Shown here one piece after another: positions 47,205 to 55,835 of a DNA stretch of 64,000 nt (positions are counted from its first letter, which is position 1; the number at the start of each line of letters is the position of its first letter). Position numbers and translations under genes: made by a program. Source of the DNA: an uncultured Gemmatimonadales bacterium (GTDB lineage Bacteria; Gemmatimonadota; Gemmatimonadetes; Gemmatimonadales; GWC2-71-9); the NCBI GenBank assembly GCA_963846435.1, contig CAWJVX010000007.1, forward strand, positions 393,325-457,324. Direction: 5' to 3'. Under the pieces are notes generated by a model. That model was not told the origin of the DNA. It made no database searches and saw nothing but the letters and a program-made list of their open reading frames with translations.

Positions 47205-49493
47205 ATGTCTTCCCCCATTCTGCGGCTGAAAACTCCCGGGCTGTGCCCCTTACCCCGCATAGGTCTTCGTACTCTCGCCTGTACCGCCACCCTCTCGCTC
47301 CTCGCAGTTACTCCGGGAAATCTCCGCGCCCAGAGCCCCGAGCAGCGAGCCGAGCTGGAGCGGTTCCGCGATTCCGTGGGCACCACGGTGGACTCCGTGG
47401 GCCTTCTTGCCCTGGAAAAGCGGATGATCGATTCCGCCAAGGTCGATCGCAGCAACGGCATGGTCCACCTGAGGCTGGGATTCCTCTCGGTCAGGCTCGG
47501 TGATCTGGGCGGTCAATCCCACTATGACGATGCCGCGTCGGAGTTCCAATGGGCGATCGACCTGCAGCCATCCTGGCCCTACGCCTGGTACGGAATGGGC
47601 CTGGCCGAATACGGCGTGGGAGACTCCCAGGTCTCCTTTGTGACCGGTCTCAAGACCATGCTGGGCAAGGATGCGCTCACCCGCTCGGCGGTGGCGTTCG
47701 CCAAATCGGCGGAGATGGACCCATCCTTCGTCCGCGGCCTGGTGGATCTGGCCAATACGGCGCTCAGACAGCGGGTCAACATCAAGCTGGGGGTGGCGCT
47801 GGAGGCCCTCCGGCGATCGGCCCCCACGGCAGCCGGCAGCGATCCTCAGGTCCTCCTCGCCCGCGGACGCGTCGAGCGCGAGGTGGGCGACGGTGACTCG
47901 GCCGTGGTGGCGTTTAACGGCTACCTGCGGAACGGAAACAACCGTGGCCTTGGTTTGCTCGAGGTGGCGCGCACGCTCCTGTTGCTGGGCCGCTTCGAAG
48001 GGCTGACTCCATACTTCGAAGGCGCGGTCTTGGACGACTCCGTTGCGGTCGCCGGCTACCGGAGCGACCTGGCGACCATTGCCTCCGACAGCGTGCTGAA
48101 TGAGTTCGACAGCCAGGAGGGTGCCCGTCGGGCGGCCTATCTCCGGCGCTTCTGGGGTCAGCGCGACCTGACCGAGATGCGCACCGACGGTGAGCGGCTG
48201 CGCGAGCACTACCGGCGGCTGTTCTACGCCCGCAAGAACTTCCAGCTCACCGCCAACAACAGACACTACGACATCGTCGAGCGCTATCGCTCGGGCAGCC
48301 GCGACTTCGACGACCGGGGCGTGATCTACATTCGCCACGGCGAGCCGTCCAGCCGGGCCACCTACGCCGCCCCCGGATTGGAGCCCAACGAGTCCTGGCG
48401 CTACAGCCGGACCGACGGCGACCTGATCTTTCACTTCATCGCGCGGGAGGATGTGCAGGACTTCAAGCTGGTCGAGAGTCTCTTCGACGTGCTCGGCTTC
48501 AGCAGCGCCGTGAAGCTTCAGGATCAGACCAACGGCGCGGGCGACAATGCGGTTGCCGAGCAGTTGATGCTGTCACGGGAGCAGCTCTCACCCATCTACC
48601 GCCGGCTGCAGGCCGCGGGGCGGGGGAGCACCGGGCGCTACCAAAACCAGGAGCGGCGCGCCGGACAGGAGAGCATCGCGGTGGGGACCACCAGCGACAG
48701 CTATGAGCTGCGGTTCCCCAACGAGCTCAAGGCCACATCAGAGGTGCTTGCGGTCGGGCGGGATTCAGCGGGGAATCAGGTCCAGATCGCCTACGCGATT
48801 TCGGGGTCCAGCCTGGAGCCGGTCACCGTTACCAGGGGCTTCCTCTATAGCGTCCGGCTGCGCTTTGTGGCCATGGACGACAAGAACAAGGTCGTAACCT
48901 CGCTCGACACCACCCGGCACTTCGTGGCCCCCGAGCGGGTGCCACCCAACGAACACCTGGTCGGCCGAGTCTCCGCCACCGTGCCGGCCGGTGCCCTGCA
49001 TTATCGCCTGGCGCTGCAGCAGGGCGACGACGCGGGCGTCACCCTGCCGCTCGACAGCCTGCGGGTGGGTGCGGTCAGCTCAGCGGCGCTGAGTCTCAGC
49101 GATCTGGTGCTGGGTTCCCGGACTGCCAACCTCGGCTGGCGGCGTACCCCGAACGATACCGTGCTCTTCAATCCCCTGCGCACCTACAAGCGGGGCGAGG
49201 AGATGGAGCTGTATTACGAGATCGAGGGGCTCCGGCCCGCTCCGTACACCGTAGAGCTGGCGGTCCGGAAGCGCGGCTCGGGTGGAGGCATCTTCAAGAA
49301 GATCTTCGGCGGTGGGTCGGCCGCCATCAAGCTCAAGTTCGAGCAGCAGGCCACCACCCCCGTGGTGTCCACCCACCGCAGCCTCAAACTCGACCGCCTC
49401 AAGCCCGGTCATTACGTGCTGGAGCTGCTGGTGGTAGATGCGGATGGCCGGAAAGACATGAGGGCCCGGGAGTTTCAGGTGGTGGAGGGGTAA
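47205..49493 (+). CDS. secreted TPR + GWxTD-like domain protein
   Basis: Signal peptide, N-terminal TPR-like helices. Central FWGQRD...EHYRRLFYARKNF...DDRGVIYIRHGEP...ESWRY...LIFHF resembles the GWxTD domain pattern. Tentative. Confidence 0.45.
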   Translation: MSSPILRLKTPGLCPLPRIGLRTLACTATLSLLAVTPGNLRAQSPEQRAELERFRDSVGTTVDSVGLLALEKRMIDSAKVDRSNGMVHLRLGFLSVRLGDLGGQSHYDDAASEFQWAIDLQPSWPYAWYGMGLAEYGVGDSQVSFVTGLKTMLGKDALTRSAVAFAKSAEMDPSFVRGLVDLANTALRQRVNIKLGVALEALRRSAPTAAGSDPQVLLARGRVEREVGDGDSAVVAFNGYLRNGNNRGLGLLEVARTLLLLGRFEGLTPYFEGAVLDDSVAVAGYRSDLATIASDSVLNEFDSQEGARRAAYLRRFWGQRDLTEMRTDGERLREHYRRLFYARKNFQLTANNRHYDIVERYRSGSRDFDDRGVIYIRHGEPSSRATYAAPGLEPNESWRYSRTDGDLIFHFIAREDVQDFKLVESLFDVLGFSSAVKLQDQTNGAGDNAVAEQLMLSREQLSPIYRRLQAAGRGSTGRYQNQERRAGQESIAVGTTSDSYELRFPNELKATSEVLAVGRDSAGNQVQIAYAISGSSLEPVTVTRGFLYSVRLRFVAMDDKNKVVTSLDTTRHFVAPERVPPNEHLVGRVSATVPAGALHYRLALQQGDDAGVTLPLDSLRVGAVSSAALSLSDLVLGSRTANLGWRRTPNDTVLFNPLRTYKRGEEMELYYEIEGLRPAPYTVELAVRKRGSGGGIFKKIFGGGSAAIKLKFEQQATTPVVSTHRSLKLDRLKPGHYVLELLVVDADGRKDMRAREFQVVEG

Positions 49494-49665
49494 GCGGGTA
49501 GGCTGGTAGGCGGGTAAGCGGGTAGGATCGCTGGCTAGGCAGGGAGCGACCAGCTAAAACGTCAAAAACCCTCCGGTAATCCACCGGAGGGTTCTTTATT
49601 GTGCTTCTGTTTCCTTCCCGCTTACCCGCTTACCCGCTTCCCCGCCTACCCGCTTCCCCGCCTAC
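49491..49665. repeat. inverted arrays of tandem octamers (TAAGCGGG-type x4.5 at 49491-49526; CCCGCTTA-type x6 at 49617-49665)
   Basis: Read directly: TAAGCGGG TAGGCTGG TAGGCGGG TAAGCGGG TAGG ... CCCGCTTA CCCGCTTA CCCGCTTC CCCGCCTA CCCGCTTC CCCGCCTA C. The arms are mutually complementary in several registers. Confidence 0.85.
49567..49600. terminator. bidirectional rho-independent terminator between convergent genes
   Basis: AACCCTCCGG-TAATCCA-CCGGAGGGTT perfect 10-bp stem, A5 run upstream and TCTTTATT downstream. Confidence 0.85.
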
Positions 49666-50174
49666 AGTGGCCAGGCCGCCGGGCGGGACGGGGTAAGGAT
49701 GAGGAGCGGTTGAACCAGGCTCTCGGCCTTAACTACCGCTTCGACCTGGACCAGGTGCTGGGTGACGCCCGTACTGGTGTCGAAGGTGGCGATGTGCATC
49801 AGCATCGAGGCCAGAGGCCGGTCCGCCGGCTTGGTTCGGCCGCCTTCTGCCGGGGCGATCGAAATGCCCGGCATCAGCGTGATCCGGGCGTGCCCGAACA
49901 GCCACAGCGGAAGGCCATCGAGCGACTTCAGCAGCCGCTCATTGAAGGCCAGACTCTCACCGTGCAGAGTGATGAGGCCGAGGGTCGGACGCTCGTGATG
50001 GCGCCTGGAGTGGACCACGAACCCGTAGGTGAAGGCGGGATCCTGGCCATCCGCGCGCCGGAGGGCAGCCCTGAGTTTTTGCTGGCTGAAGGCGATGGTA
50101 TGGTACGGTACCACGGGCTCTCCAAGTAGATGACACGGAACGGTTCCCTGCCGTCGCTGCATGTGACGTGCCAT
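49662..50174 (-). CDS. hypothetical protein (about 170 aa)
   Basis: ATG at 50174 (or 50162) within ORF 49662..50249. Balanced composition, no motif recognised, no clear SD. Confidence 0.45.
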   Translation of the reverse strand: MARHMQRRQGTVPCHLLGEPVVPYHTIAFSQQKLRAALRRADGQDPAFTYGFVVHSRRHHERPTLGLITLHGESLAFNERLLKSLDGLPLWLFGHARITLMPGISIAPAEGGRTKPADRPLASMLMHIATFDTSTGVTQHLVQVEAVVKAESLVQPLLILTPSRPAAWPL

Positions 50175-50176
50175 TG

Positions 50177-50292
50177 GAGGCGGGGAAACGGGGAGGCGGG
50201 GAAGGTGGTGGGTTTTCCCTCTGAACGTTGATATACCGCTACTTACCACTACGGTTTCCTTTCTGCTTCCCCGCCTCCCCGCCTCCCTGCCT
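50177..50292. repeat. inverted arrays of tandem octamers (GAGGCGGG-type, 50177-50213; CCCGCCTC-type, 50267-50292)
   Basis: GGAGGCGGG GAAACGGG GAGGCGGG GAAGGTGG TGGG ... CTTCCCCG CCTCCCCG CCTCCCTG CC, separated by a 53-nt AT-richer core. Confidence 0.8.
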
Positions 50293-50365
50293 TTCGCAAC
50301 CTCGTCTCGCGATACGCCACGCCAATCGGCTTGAACTCCCCCGAACGCTGACGTAGCTTGCGCCC

Positions 50366-52390
50366 ATGTTCTGCTCCCGTTGTGGAAGCGAAATCACCGG
50401 AAAATCGAAGTTCTGTCCCTCCTGTGGTCTCGACCTGATGGCGACCACACCGGTCCACGCGATTGCGACCGGGGTGCTGCAGGAGCTCGACCTCGTTCGC
50501 GAATCACTCGCGGCGGAATACGAGATCATCGAGGAGCTGGGGCGGGGCGGAATGGCGATGGTATACCGGGCACGGGACCGGCAGCTGGAGCGTGAGGTTG
50601 CCGTCAAGGTCCTGCCGTTCTCCCTGGCCTTCGATACCGAGTTCGTGGAGCGCTTCCAGCGGGAGGCGCGCACCGCCGCCCAGCTCGAGCATCCCAACAT
50701 CATCTCGATCTACCGGGTCGGCCGTTCCGGGCGGGTGATTTACTTCGTCATGAAGTTCCTGCGCGGCGGCTCGCTGTCCACCGTGCTCGGTACTCGGAAG
50801 AAGCTCACCCCGCCGGAGATCCGGCGCCTGCTGTCCGAGGCCGGAAGCGCGCTCGGCTACGCTGCCCAGCGTGGCATTGTCCACCGGGACATCAAGCCCG
50901 ACAACATCATGTTCGACGAGTTCGGCCAGAGTGTTCTGACCGACTTCGGCATCGCCAAGGCGGCCTCGGGACAGAAGCTCACGGGGACGGGCATGTCCAT
51001 CGGGACACCCCACTACATGAGCCCGGAACAGGCGAGGGCCCAAGCCATCGACGGCAGGAGCGACATCTACAGCCTGGGTGTGGTGGCGTACCAGTGCCTC
51101 ACCGGTACGGTGCCCTATGACGGTGAGGACAGCTTCTCCATCGGCTATAAGCACATCACCGAGCCGATTCCCACCCCCAGCCTGGTTACGGCGGACGAGC
51201 GGCGGATCTTCGAGGTCATCAAGCGCATGTTGATGAAGGATCCGTTCGATCGGTTCCAGAGCTGTGAGGAGCTGGTGGCTTCGTTCCGCGGTCAGCCGAT
51301 CGCGGCGCCTGGGGCGGTACGTTCATCGGTGGCCACATACGTCGGCAGCGCTGCGGCGGTGGCGGGCACGGCCGGCGTGGCGGGAGACGGTGCGGGCCTC
51401 CCTCCGATCGTGAGCCAGCCGACCACCCCACTCGACTCACCTTTGGTCAACCGGCGGCTCACTCCGCTCGAGCGACGCGACGTACCCCGCAGGGTGGCGG
51501 ACCGTTCAGTGGCCATGCGGCCGAGCGCTTCCTCCTGGGCCTGGCTCTGGGTGCTCCTCGCGGTCCTGGGTGGAGCAGGAGGCGCGCTCTACTACTACAA
51601 GGCCCGAGGCTTCGCGCCCGGTGCCATAGGCGCCGACCCGCCGGCGGACTCAGCATCTGCTCGCGATTCCCTCCCTTCCGCCACTCCTCCGCAAGCCCCG
51701 ACCCCAACGGGTTCCGGAGAGACGTTGCCGGCTCCGGTGGCGACGCCTGTCCCGATGACGCGCGATTCCGCGGCTCCGGCGCTGACGCCGCCGGTCGAGG
51801 CTGCAGGGTCTTCGGACGTAACCGGCCCGGTGGACAGCGGGGGCATCCGGCTCATCGGACTGCCCCGTGGGTCCACCGTCCTGATCGATGAGAAGCCCAT
51901 CACGCAGGCCTTGACCCGCCTTACTCCGGGTCCCCATGCTCTCGCCATCTCAGCGCCCCGGTACAACTTCTTCTCGGACACCATTGTCGTCCGGCCGGGC
52001 CAGGTGCAGGAGCTGACCCCGCAGCTCATCCAGCTGGGTTCGCCGGCACCATCCACTCGGCGCAAGCCGCCGGCTGCTGCCGGCTGCGTTCCAGGTCCCG
52101 GATACAACGCCGATGGTTCCTGTTTCGACGAGCGCGCCAAGCCGGTCAATCCGCCGTTTGTGACTGTTCCCCCTGACGCCCAGCCCACGCCCCGGCCATC
52201 GCTCCTCTGGGTCAAGGTCTCGACCGAGGGCCGCACGGTGGATATCAGACGCCTCCGGCCGTCTGACGATCCGGCGTACGAGCGGGAGGTACGGAACTTC
52301 GTGTGGACCGTGACGTGGCACCCCGCCCTGAAGGATGGGGCACCGGTCGAGGCGTGGACCCAGATGCTCTTCCCACCAGCGCAAGACTAG
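50366..52390 (+). CDS. Ser/Thr protein kinase: N-terminal zinc ribbon, kinase domain, TM, PEGA-like and TonB-C-like extracytoplasmic domains
   Basis: CSRCGSEITGKSKFCPSCG; kinase motifs VAVKVL, HRDIKPDN, DFGIA, YMSPEQ; TM WAWLWVLLAVLGGAGGALYYY; C-terminal LWVKVSTEGRTVDIR...WHPALKDGAPVEAW. Confidence 0.9.
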   Translation: MFCSRCGSEITGKSKFCPSCGLDLMATTPVHAIATGVLQELDLVRESLAAEYEIIEELGRGGMAMVYRARDRQLEREVAVKVLPFSLAFDTEFVERFQREARTAAQLEHPNIISIYRVGRSGRVIYFVMKFLRGGSLSTVLGTRKKLTPPEIRRLLSEAGSALGYAAQRGIVHRDIKPDNIMFDEFGQSVLTDFGIAKAASGQKLTGTGMSIGTPHYMSPEQARAQAIDGRSDIYSLGVVAYQCLTGTVPYDGEDSFSIGYKHITEPIPTPSLVTADERRIFEVIKRMLMKDPFDRFQSCEELVASFRGQPIAAPGAVRSSVATYVGSAAAVAGTAGVAGDGAGLPPIVSQPTTPLDSPLVNRRLTPLERRDVPRRVADRSVAMRPSASSWAWLWVLLAVLGGAGGALYYYKARGFAPGAIGADPPADSASARDSLPSATPPQAPTPTGSGETLPAPVATPVPMTRDSAAPALTPPVEAAGSSDVTGPVDSGGIRLIGLPRGSTVLIDEKPITQALTRLTPGPHALAISAPRYNFFSDTIVVRPGQVQELTPQLIQLGSPAPSTRRKPPAAAGCVPGPGYNADGSCFDERAKPVNPPFVTVPPDAQPTPRPSLLWVKVSTEGRTVDIRRLRPSDDPAYEREVRNFVWTVTWHPALKDGAPVEAWTQMLFPPAQD

Positions 52391-52394
52391 CGCG

Positions 52395-52919
52395 TTGCAG
52401 GCAATCCACCCCACAGCGTTCATCGCCTCTACCGCTGCCGTCATGGGAGACGTAACCCTGGGCGAAGAGGCCAGTGTCTGGTATGGCGCGGTGCTCCGGG
52501 GCGACATGGCCCCCATCGTCATCGGCGCTCAGTCGAACATCCAGGACGGCACCATCGTCCACGTGGATGCCGGCGTGCCCTGCTCGGTGGGCCGGCGGGT
52601 GGCTGTCGGGCACCGGGTGGTGCTCCACGGGTGCATCGTTGAGGACGACTGCCTGATCGCCATGGGGAGCGTGCTGCTCAATGGGGTGAAGATCGGCGCC
52701 GGCAGCGTCGTGGCGGCGGGTGCGGTGGTGCCGGAGGGAATGCAGGTGCCGCCCGGCTCGCTGGTCATGGGAGTGCCGGGCCGCATCGTCCGGGCGGTTG
52801 ACGCGGCCCTCGCAAAGCGGGTCACCGCCACCTGGACCCACTACGTCAAGGAGGCTCGAGCTCATCGGGAGGGCCGCTATCCGCTGTATCGGAAGGATGG
52901 GAAGGACGGCGGAGGGTAG
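52395..52919 (+). CDS. gamma-class carbonic anhydrase family protein (hexapeptide repeat, YrdA/PaaY-like)
   Basis: IHPTAFIA..A.V.GDVTLGE.ASVWYGAVLRGD...IVIG..SNIQDG...H. Proposed TTG start at 52395, just after the kinase stop; the ORF track opens at 52335. Confidence 0.85.
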   Translation: MQAIHPTAFIASTAAVMGDVTLGEEASVWYGAVLRGDMAPIVIGAQSNIQDGTIVHVDAGVPCSVGRRVAVGHRVVLHGCIVEDDCLIAMGSVLLNGVKIGAGSVVAAGAVVPEGMQVPPGSLVMGVPGRIVRAVDAALAKRVTATWTHYVKEARAHREGRYPLYRKDGKDGGG

Positions 52920-53158
52920 GTCCGTGACTTGTCCCCACCAATCCACTTCTTCCACATTCTCCCCCCGGCTATATTTGTGATGTGGGAAGCGAGATTGAAC
53001 GTGGTTTCGGGCGTTTTTCATGGTATTGTCTCGGTTCGACCCCGGGCCTAGCTTGGCCTTCCGTTTCGGGTCGAAGTGTCGCGCGGGCAGGGTCGGTCGC
53101 TGGTGCTGAGCACACGCTCCACCCTCTGAGATCAATACCTTTCTAAGCGGGGAGTTCT

Positions 53159-55735
53159 ATGAAATCGTCCACCCCATGGGACGCAGTTCGGCTGTCGCCC
53201 AATGCCATTACCGTCCTCGAGAAGCGGTATCTGATCAAGGACGATGCCGGCGTGCCGGTCGAGAGTCCGCGCGATCTGTTCCAGCGGGTGGCCCTTACCA
53301 TCGCGGAGGCGGAGCGCCGCTACGGCGCACCGGACGCGGTCGTGGATCGGGTGACGCAGGACTTCTTCGGTTTGATGGCCAACCGGCTGTTCGTGCCCAA
53401 CTCGCCCACCCTGATGAACGCGGGTCGCCCGCTGGGCCAGCTATCCGCCTGCTTCGTGCTCCCCGTCGACGACGCGCTCTCCAACGGCAAAAGTGGTATC
53501 TACGACACCCTGCGGGCCATGGCTCTGGTCCATCAGTCGGGTGGCGGTACCGGCTTCAGCTTCTCCCGGCTCCGGCCCAAGAACGACATCGTCCGCTCCA
53601 CCATGGGCGTCGCCTCGGGCCCGGTCTCCTTCATGACCCTGTTCGACGCGTCCACCGACGTGGTCAAGCAGGGCGGGACCCGGCGGGGAGCCAACATGGG
53701 CATCCTTCGGGTCGACCATCCCGACATCATGGAGTTCATCACCTGTAAGGACGACACCACCAAGGTCACCAACTTCAACATCTCGGTGGCGGTCACGGAC
53801 GCGTTCATGGCGGCGGTCGAGGCCAACGGGATGTATGACCTGATCCATCCCAAGACCAAGCAGGTGACCGGCCAGCTCCACGCCCGCGAGGTGTGGGAGC
53901 GAATCATCCACGGGGCCTGGAAAACCGGTGAGCCTGGCGTGTTCTTCGTGGACAAGGCCAACCACTACAATCCGGTCCCGCATCTCGGCGAGTACGAGGC
54001 CACCAATCCCTGCGGCGAGCAGCCCCTGCTACCGTACGACGTCTGCAACCTCGGGTCGATCAACCTGGGCGCCTTTGTGAAGGAAAGCGGAAAGGGCGGA
54101 AATGACGGGAGTGGAACCAAGGCAGAGATCGACTGGGATCATCTGCGTCGGGTAGTCCATCTCTCGACCCACTTTCTCGAGAACGTGATCGATGCCAACC
54201 AGTATCCGCTTCAGGAGATCACCGATCTTGCCCAGCGGATCCGCCGGATCGGGCTCGGCGTCATGGGCCTGGCCGATGTCTTCGTGAAGCTTGGGGTGTC
54301 CTACGATTCCGAGGAGGGCGTCGCGCTTGGCCGGAAGATTCAGCAGTTCGTGGATGAGGAGGGCAAGAACGAGTCGGAGCGCCTGGCGGCGGAGCGGGGC
54401 GTGTTCCCCGAGTGGGAGCACAGCATCTGGGGCCCGGACGAGACCGCGGCGCGGGACGTCCAGGGCGAGCGCATCCGGCCCATGCGGCGGCTGCGCAACT
54501 GCAACGTGACCACCGTGGCACCCACCGGGACCATCTCGATCATCGCCGGCTGCAGTTCGGGTATTGAACCGCTCTTCGCCGTGGCCTTCATGCGGAACCA
54601 GGCCGGCGAGCTGATGCCGGACGTGAACGAGGACTTCGTCGCCCTCGCCAAGGCGGAGGGCTGGTATACCGAGGAGCTGATGCGGAAGATCGCGGAGACC
54701 GGGCATATCGATTTTCCCGAGGTGCCGGCCAAGTGGCAGCGGGTCTTCGTTACCGCCAACGCTATCAAGCCCGAGTGGCACATCCGGATGCAGGCGGCGT
54801 TCCAGGAATACAACGACAGCGCCATCTCCAAGACCTGCAACTTCGCCCATGACGCGAGCGAGGAGTATGTCGAGGAGATTTACCGCCTGGCCTATCGGCT
54901 GAACTGCAAGGGTGTAACCGTGTATCGGGACGGCAGCCGCGAGATGCAGGTGCTGTCGACCGGATCGACCGCGAAGAAGGTGAGGGAGGGGCACGCCGAA
55001 GCGGGCGGCAAGAGCGGAGACGACGGAACCGCTGCCATGAAGCGCTCCGACCTTACTGATCTCCGGGGCGAGAATGCCGAGCTGATCGCGGAAAACGAGC
55101 GTTTGCGGCGCGTGGTGCACGAGCTCGAGTCCGAAAATCTCCAACGGCGGCAGAAGCGCTCCCGGCCCGAGGTCCTGCGCGGCACCACCCGGCGGGTGGA
55201 GACTCCGCTGGGGACGCTCTACGTCACCATCACCGAAGACGACAGAGGTCAGCCGTTCGAGGTCTTCATGACTCTTGGCAAGGCCGGCGGCGCGCTGATG
55301 GCGGATGTGGAGTCGCTGGGACGGCTCATCAGCCTGGCGCTGCGCTCCGGGATCCCGATCAAGGAGATCTACCGGCAGCTCCGGGGGATCAGCTCCGATC
55401 GGGTGATCGGCCTGGGGCCGAACAAGATCCTCTCGGTACCCGATGCCGTTGGCATCGCCATCGAGCGTTGGATGCAGGAAAAGCAGGGCATCCAGCAGGA
55501 GCTGCTGCCCGGCGCGGGGGCGCAAGGGAACCCGCAACGGGTTGCGGGCCTACCGGAGGACGCGGCTTCAGTCGCTGCTCAGTCCGGCTTGCAGACCGGT
55601 GACCGAGGCGAGCAGATGATGTTCAGAGGCATGCAAGAGACTCTCTCGGGAGCTTGCCCCGACTGCGGCTCTCAGCTCGAGTTCGCCGAGGGATGTATGA
55701 AGTGCCACGTGTGCGGGTTCAGCGAGTGCGGGTGA
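53159..55735 (+). CDS. nrdJ: adenosylcobalamin-dependent (class II) ribonucleotide reductase
   Basis: [56 protein letters not shown], and C-terminal zinc ribbon CPDCGS...CMKCHVCG. 858 aa. Confidence 0.95.
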   Translation: MKSSTPWDAVRLSPNAITVLEKRYLIKDDAGVPVESPRDLFQRVALTIAEAERRYGAPDAVVDRVTQDFFGLMANRLFVPNSPTLMNAGRPLGQLSACFVLPVDDALSNGKSGIYDTLRAMALVHQSGGGTGFSFSRLRPKNDIVRSTMGVASGPVSFMTLFDASTDVVKQGGTRRGANMGILRVDHPDIMEFITCKDDTTKVTNFNISVAVTDAFMAAVEANGMYDLIHPKTKQVTGQLHAREVWERIIHGAWKTGEPGVFFVDKANHYNPVPHLGEYEATNPCGEQPLLPYDVCNLGSINLGAFVKESGKGGNDGSGTKAEIDWDHLRRVVHLSTHFLENVIDANQYPLQEITDLAQRIRRIGLGVMGLADVFVKLGVSYDSEEGVALGRKIQQFVDEEGKNESERLAAERGVFPEWEHSIWGPDETAARDVQGERIRPMRRLRNCNVTTVAPTGTISIIAGCSSGIEPLFAVAFMRNQAGELMPDVNEDFVALAKAEGWYTEELMRKIAETGHIDFPEVPAKWQRVFVTANAIKPEWHIRMQAAFQEYNDSAISKTCNFAHDASEEYVEEIYRLAYRLNCKGVTVYRDGSREMQVLSTGSTAKKVREGHAEAGGKSGDDGTAAMKRSDLTDLRGENAELIAENERLRRVVHELESENLQRRQKRSRPEVLRGTTRRVETPLGTLYVTITEDDRGQPFEVFMTLGKAGGALMADVESLGRLISLALRSGIPIKEIYRQLRGISSDRVIGLGPNKILSVPDAVGIAIERWMQEKQGIQQELLPGAGAQGNPQRVAGLPEDAASVAAQSGLQTGDRGEQMMFRGMQETLSGACPDCGSQLEFAEGCMKCHVCGFSECG

Positions 55736-55779
55736 TCGTGGTCCTCCGCAGATAGCTGGAGATCGATCGCACACGACAG

Positions 55780-55812
55780 CGCCCGCAGGCCGAAAGGTCT
55801 GCGGGCGTTGGT
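55780..55812. terminator. GC-rich hairpin between convergent genes (weak T tract)
   Basis: CGCCCGCAG (55780-55788) pairs with CTGCGGGCG (55799-55807), followed by TTGGTGTGG. Confidence 0.5.
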
Positions 55813-55835
55813 GTGGAGGGCCGGAAGATCCGCCC

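Noticed and set aside
49491-49665. Possible CRISPR array or coding minisatellite
   Set aside because: The units are only 8 nt and directly abutting, with no spacers. The two blocks are reverse complements of each other and lie between two stop codons, so the region is neither a CRISPR array nor coding.
53028-53055. tRNA-like T-arm (CTCGG-TTCGACC-CCGGG) followed by a possible acceptor 3' strand, in the nrdJ leader
   Set aside because: No convincing complementary 5' acceptor strand (best candidate GGCTATA pairs at only 5 of 7 positions), no D-arm with conserved GG, and no anticodon stem could be drawn. It is probably a chance hairpin.
52960-53158. Cobalamin riboswitch or canonical tandem NrdR boxes upstream of nrdJ
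   Set aside because: No B12-box-like sequence or GCCACTG element was seen. B12 riboswitches normally repress the B12-independent RNRs rather than nrdJ. The AT-rich boxes do not match the 16-bp NrdR palindrome by eye. The region is kept only as an unexplained long leader.
54957-55165. Possible insertion or coiled-coil ([28 protein letters not shown]) in NrdJ between the TVYRDGSR motif and the C-terminal core
   Set aside because: Class II RNRs commonly carry variable low-complexity linkers at this position. There are no intein motifs (no Cys/Ser-...-HN junction signatures), so I treated it as a normal linker.
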